Shown here: piece after piece, positions 60,636 through 64,000 of the stretch
How positions within the stretch are numbered: position 1 is the stretch's first letter
How the letters are laid out: the number at the start of each line of letters is the position of its first letter
Assembly: GCF_037042905.1 (NCBI RefSeq)
Contig: NC_087247.1
Location: forward strand, 62,248,001-62,312,000
DNA length: 64,000 bases
Source: Lytechinus pictus
Taxonomy: Eukaryota
Direction: 5' to 3'
Position numbers and translations under genes: made by a program
The notes under the pieces: model-generated
Databases searched by the model: none
Seen by the model: the letters and a program-made list of their open reading frames with translations, nothing else
Told to the model about the DNA's origin: nothing

Positions 60636-60811
60636 CAGTTGGAAAACCACCTCGCGATGTATTTTTCAAGATCGCTTTCCCTCGTTAAACTGGTTAAGCG
60701 TAAGTAAGGACACATCCGTTCTTCGCACATTTTGAGCACGCTACTTCACACACTGTGTGTAGAATGCCTACACTACAATGCAGTTTCGAATTTTGTGCAA
60801 AAAATGTCACC

Positions 60812-61539
60812 CGGTAAATTGCCAAATCGTCCACTCACCACATGGTCTAACTTCATTTACTCTAATGCCGTTCCATCCATCAAACTTTCGTCTAACCATT
60901 TGGTCCAATAACCAATTGGTCCAATCATCAGTTCATCTAATCACCAGTTTGTATATGACCATTTCGTCTCATTATATTTTGTTTTATTTTCATTCATTTT
61001 GCCCAATTAACACTTAGTCCAATTAGACCAAATGATACATGGACTAAATGGCTATTGGACCAACTGGTTATTAGAATTGTATTGTAGAATGCCTACACTA
61101 CAATGCAGTTTCGAATTTCGTGCGAAAAATGTCACCCGGTAAATTGCCAAATCGTCCACTGCCAACTCGTCCACTCACATGGTCTAACTTCATTTACTCT
61201 AATGCCATTCCATCCATCAAACTTTCGTCTAACCATTTGGTCCAATAACCAATTGGTCCAATCATCAGTTCATCTAATAACCAGTTCGTCTATGACCATT
61301 TCGTCTCATTATATTTTGTTTTATTTTCATTCATTTGGCCCAATTAACACTTAGTCCAATTAGACCAAATGATACATGGACTAAATGGCTATTGGACCAA
61401 CTGGTTATTAGACGAAATTGTGAGTGGACGAAATGGCAATTAGACAATGTGGATATTAGACGAACTGATGGTAGACCAAATGATAGTAGACGAGTTGACA
61501 ATTGGACGAATAATCATTGGACCAAATGAAAATAAACCG
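60812..61539. mobile_element. nested minisatellite-rich element, CGGT...ACCG termini, 5-bp TSD TCACC
   Basis: TCACC|CGGT ... ACCG|TCACC; arrays of TTGGTCCA/TCGTCTA and their reverse complements. Confidence 0.7.
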
Positions 61540-61712
61540 TCACCCCCACTGAGAGCGTTCCCATAGCAACAAGGCCACTTTACGTGAAGTTGTTTTGAAA
61601 ACCACTTTCGGCTGACCAAATGGGAACACAAGCAAAGCGATCTTTCAAACTGGTTTACTGAACCTATTTCCAGTAAACTAGTTATAGGAAGTATAATGAG
61701 AACGGTGTCATA

Positions 61713-62146
61713 GAGGCCGTTCTCATTATGCTTTCGAAAACTAGTTTACTGGAAACCGATTCAGGAAACCAGTTTGGAAGATCGCTTTGCTAGCGTTCCC
61801 ACTTGATCACACGAAAGTGGTTTTCAAAATCACTTCACATAAAGCGATCTTGTTGCTATGAAAATGCTCTCAGTGGGGCGACACGTTTCGCACAAAATTA
61901 GAAACCGCAGCGTAGGCATTCTACACCTGTCGTGTGGAGTAGCATGCTCGAAATGTGCGAAGATTGCTTCCAGAAGAACGGTTATGTCCTCACTTATGCC
62001 GAAACCAGTTTAACAAGGCAAAGCGAGCTTGAAAACTACATCGCGAGGTGGTTTTCAGAACTGGTTTGGAAGATCGCTTCCAAGACCGCTTCGACCGTTC
62101 TCACTACACGTTAAACTAGTTTTAGGAATGTAGTGAGAACAGTGTC
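61713..62146 (+). mobile_element. AAACTAGTTT-family Harbinger-like MITE
   Basis: Close homolog of 47626-48042; head-to-head with the copy ending at 61709. Confidence 0.85.
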
Positions 62147-62965
62147 TAAAAAAATAGTCACTGGATGGTTTTGAAAGTAACAAATAAAATTGATTAAATC
62201 CCTAGAATACTTTTTTTTCTCAAATAGGCATTTTAAAAAAGCATGAAGAGAATTATAATAGTAAGACATAATTGTCAACTTAAATGAATCAAAGGAAATA
62301 TTCTTCACTATCAAGTCTATCAGAATGAAAATATTTGGAATTTGAATAACTAGGAAAAAAAGGAAAAATTGAATGTGTGACAAAATCTGTTATCTCATTT
62401 GCAAAACTGCCAAAATATCAATTTTTAATAGAAATTCCAGAGTTATGCTTTATTGGTTCAGTCACCTTCCTTGATTTGCGGTAGACTTGACGTCTCACAG
62501 ACAAGCATTTGGACTAAAACAATACATTAAAAAATATAATAAAATACCATACAGAAAAGATATTGTGATAAAAAGTCAAATTGAAAGTTTGACAAAAATT
62601 CAGATAGTCAGTACAGAAAATGTTTTCAATATATTTAAAGAAAATCCCTACTAATGAACTTGAAAGTCTTGAATGTTATGATTTTATCAAACATTCACCA
62701 AGTTTATCATCATTTCTATGAGAGCATGGACCTACTAATGAGAAACAGGAGTATTTTCAACAGGAAAACTGCAGAATCTATGAAACAAGGATCTGGGGTG
62801 TTAACACACTGTGTGCATGATACAATTTTTTGCTGGGGTTTGACTTGAACTGACGATTTATTTTTAGCAAAGGTAAACTTAAAAACAAAAATAACAATAT
62901 CCTAGAAAATTATTAATTGTACCAATTGCATAAGGAGCTGCACCATTCTTGATGAAAATATTTGT

Positions 62966-63951
62966 AAACAAGTGGAATGCCTCTGGCCGTCTCACCTGCA
63001 TCACGCGATTCAATATAGCAGCAGTGCTGATTTTGAAAACTACTATAACTCGCACAAGATGTTCAGTGATACTTGGTTACTCTTATTTCCACGTTTTATG
63101 AACTAGACCAATACACTTATAGAGATATGATGGCAATTCAACAAATACCCCCAACGTGGCCAAAGTTCTTTGACCTTACATGACCTTTGACCTTGATCAT
63201 GTGACCTGAAACTCGCACAGGATGTTCAGTGATACTTGATTACTATTATGTCCAAGTTTTATGAACTAGACCAACACACTTTCAAATTTATGGCTGTAAT
63301 TCAACAAATACCCCAATTTGGCCAAAGTTCATTGACCCTAAATGACCTTTGACCTTGATCATGTGACCTGAAACTTGCACAGGATGTTTAGTAATACTTG
63401 ATTACTATTATGTCCAAGTTTCATGAATCAGATCCATAAACTTTCAAAGTTATGATGGTAATTCAACAGATACCCCCAATTCGGCCAAAGTTCATTGACC
63501 CTAAATGACCTTTGACCTTGGTCATGTGATGTGAAACTCATGCAGGATGTTCAGTGATACTTGATTAACCTTATGTATAAGTTTCATGAACTAGGTCCAT
63601 AGATTTTCTAAGTTATGATGACATTTCAAAAACTTAACCTTAGGTTAAGATTTTGATGTTGATTCCCCCAACATGGTCTAAGTTCATTGACCCTAAATGA
63701 CCTTTGACCTTGGTCATGTGACATGAAACTCAGGCAGAATGTTCAGTAATACTTGATTAACCTTATGGCCAAGTTTCATGAACTAGGTCCATATACTTTC
63801 TAAGTTATGCTGTCATTTCAAAAACTTAACCTCAGGTTAAGATTTGGTGTTGACGCCGCCGCCGCCGTCGCCGTCGCCGTCGCCGCCGCCGCCGCCGTCG
63901 CCGTCGGAAAAGCGGCGCCTATAGTCTCACTCTGCTATGCAGGTGAGACAA
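62966..63951 (+). mobile_element. HINE-like non-autonomous Helentron, copy 2
   Basis: Nearly identical to 27557-28538; subTIRs at 62989 and 63937; differs mainly in the GCC/GTC tract. Confidence 0.85.
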
Positions 63952-64000
63952 CAAGGTAATAAATGTGATTTCTGCATCATATTGTAATGAGATTTATCCA

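Larger units (their letters stand above)
60383..61709 (-). mobile_element. inverted AAACTAGTTT-family MITE carrying two nested insertions and a tandem duplication
   Basis: Reverse-complement homology to 47626-48042, interrupted at 60459-60635 and 60812-61539. Confidence 0.8.

Noticed and set aside
47687-62114. Similar ORFs at 47687 and 61932, and at 60778 and 61103
   Set aside because: The similarity comes from MITE copies and a tandem duplication, not from protein conservation.

Overview
AT-rich animal genomic DNA; the repeat repertoire looks echinoderm- or sea-urchin-like, which is inference. One protein-coding gene spans most of the window on the minus strand: a class I myosin of the Myo1A/B (MYO1B-like) type. 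I reconstructed it by hand as 25 coding exons from ATG 53706 to TAG 911-913 (3279 nt, 1092 aa). All introns are GT-AG and phases are consistent. The introns and flanks hold many transposable elements: a 5'-truncated L2/CR1-group LINE with one frameshift, four Helentron-type non-autonomous elements (HINE-like) carrying nuclear-receptor DR1 motifs, many Harbinger-, hAT- and Kolobok-like MITEs (some nested), a 3.8-kb Sola2-like element, and tRNA-derived SINEs. The most unusual items are: a tRNA-like 334-bp unit arranged inverted plus tandem like a Penelope element but lacking a hammerhead core (45411-46203); two tiny hairpins with target-site duplications (28 bp at 55176, 49 bp at 19523); and a perfect fold-back scar (31085-31237). 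Most short ORFs in the track are spurious or are myosin exons read through into introns.
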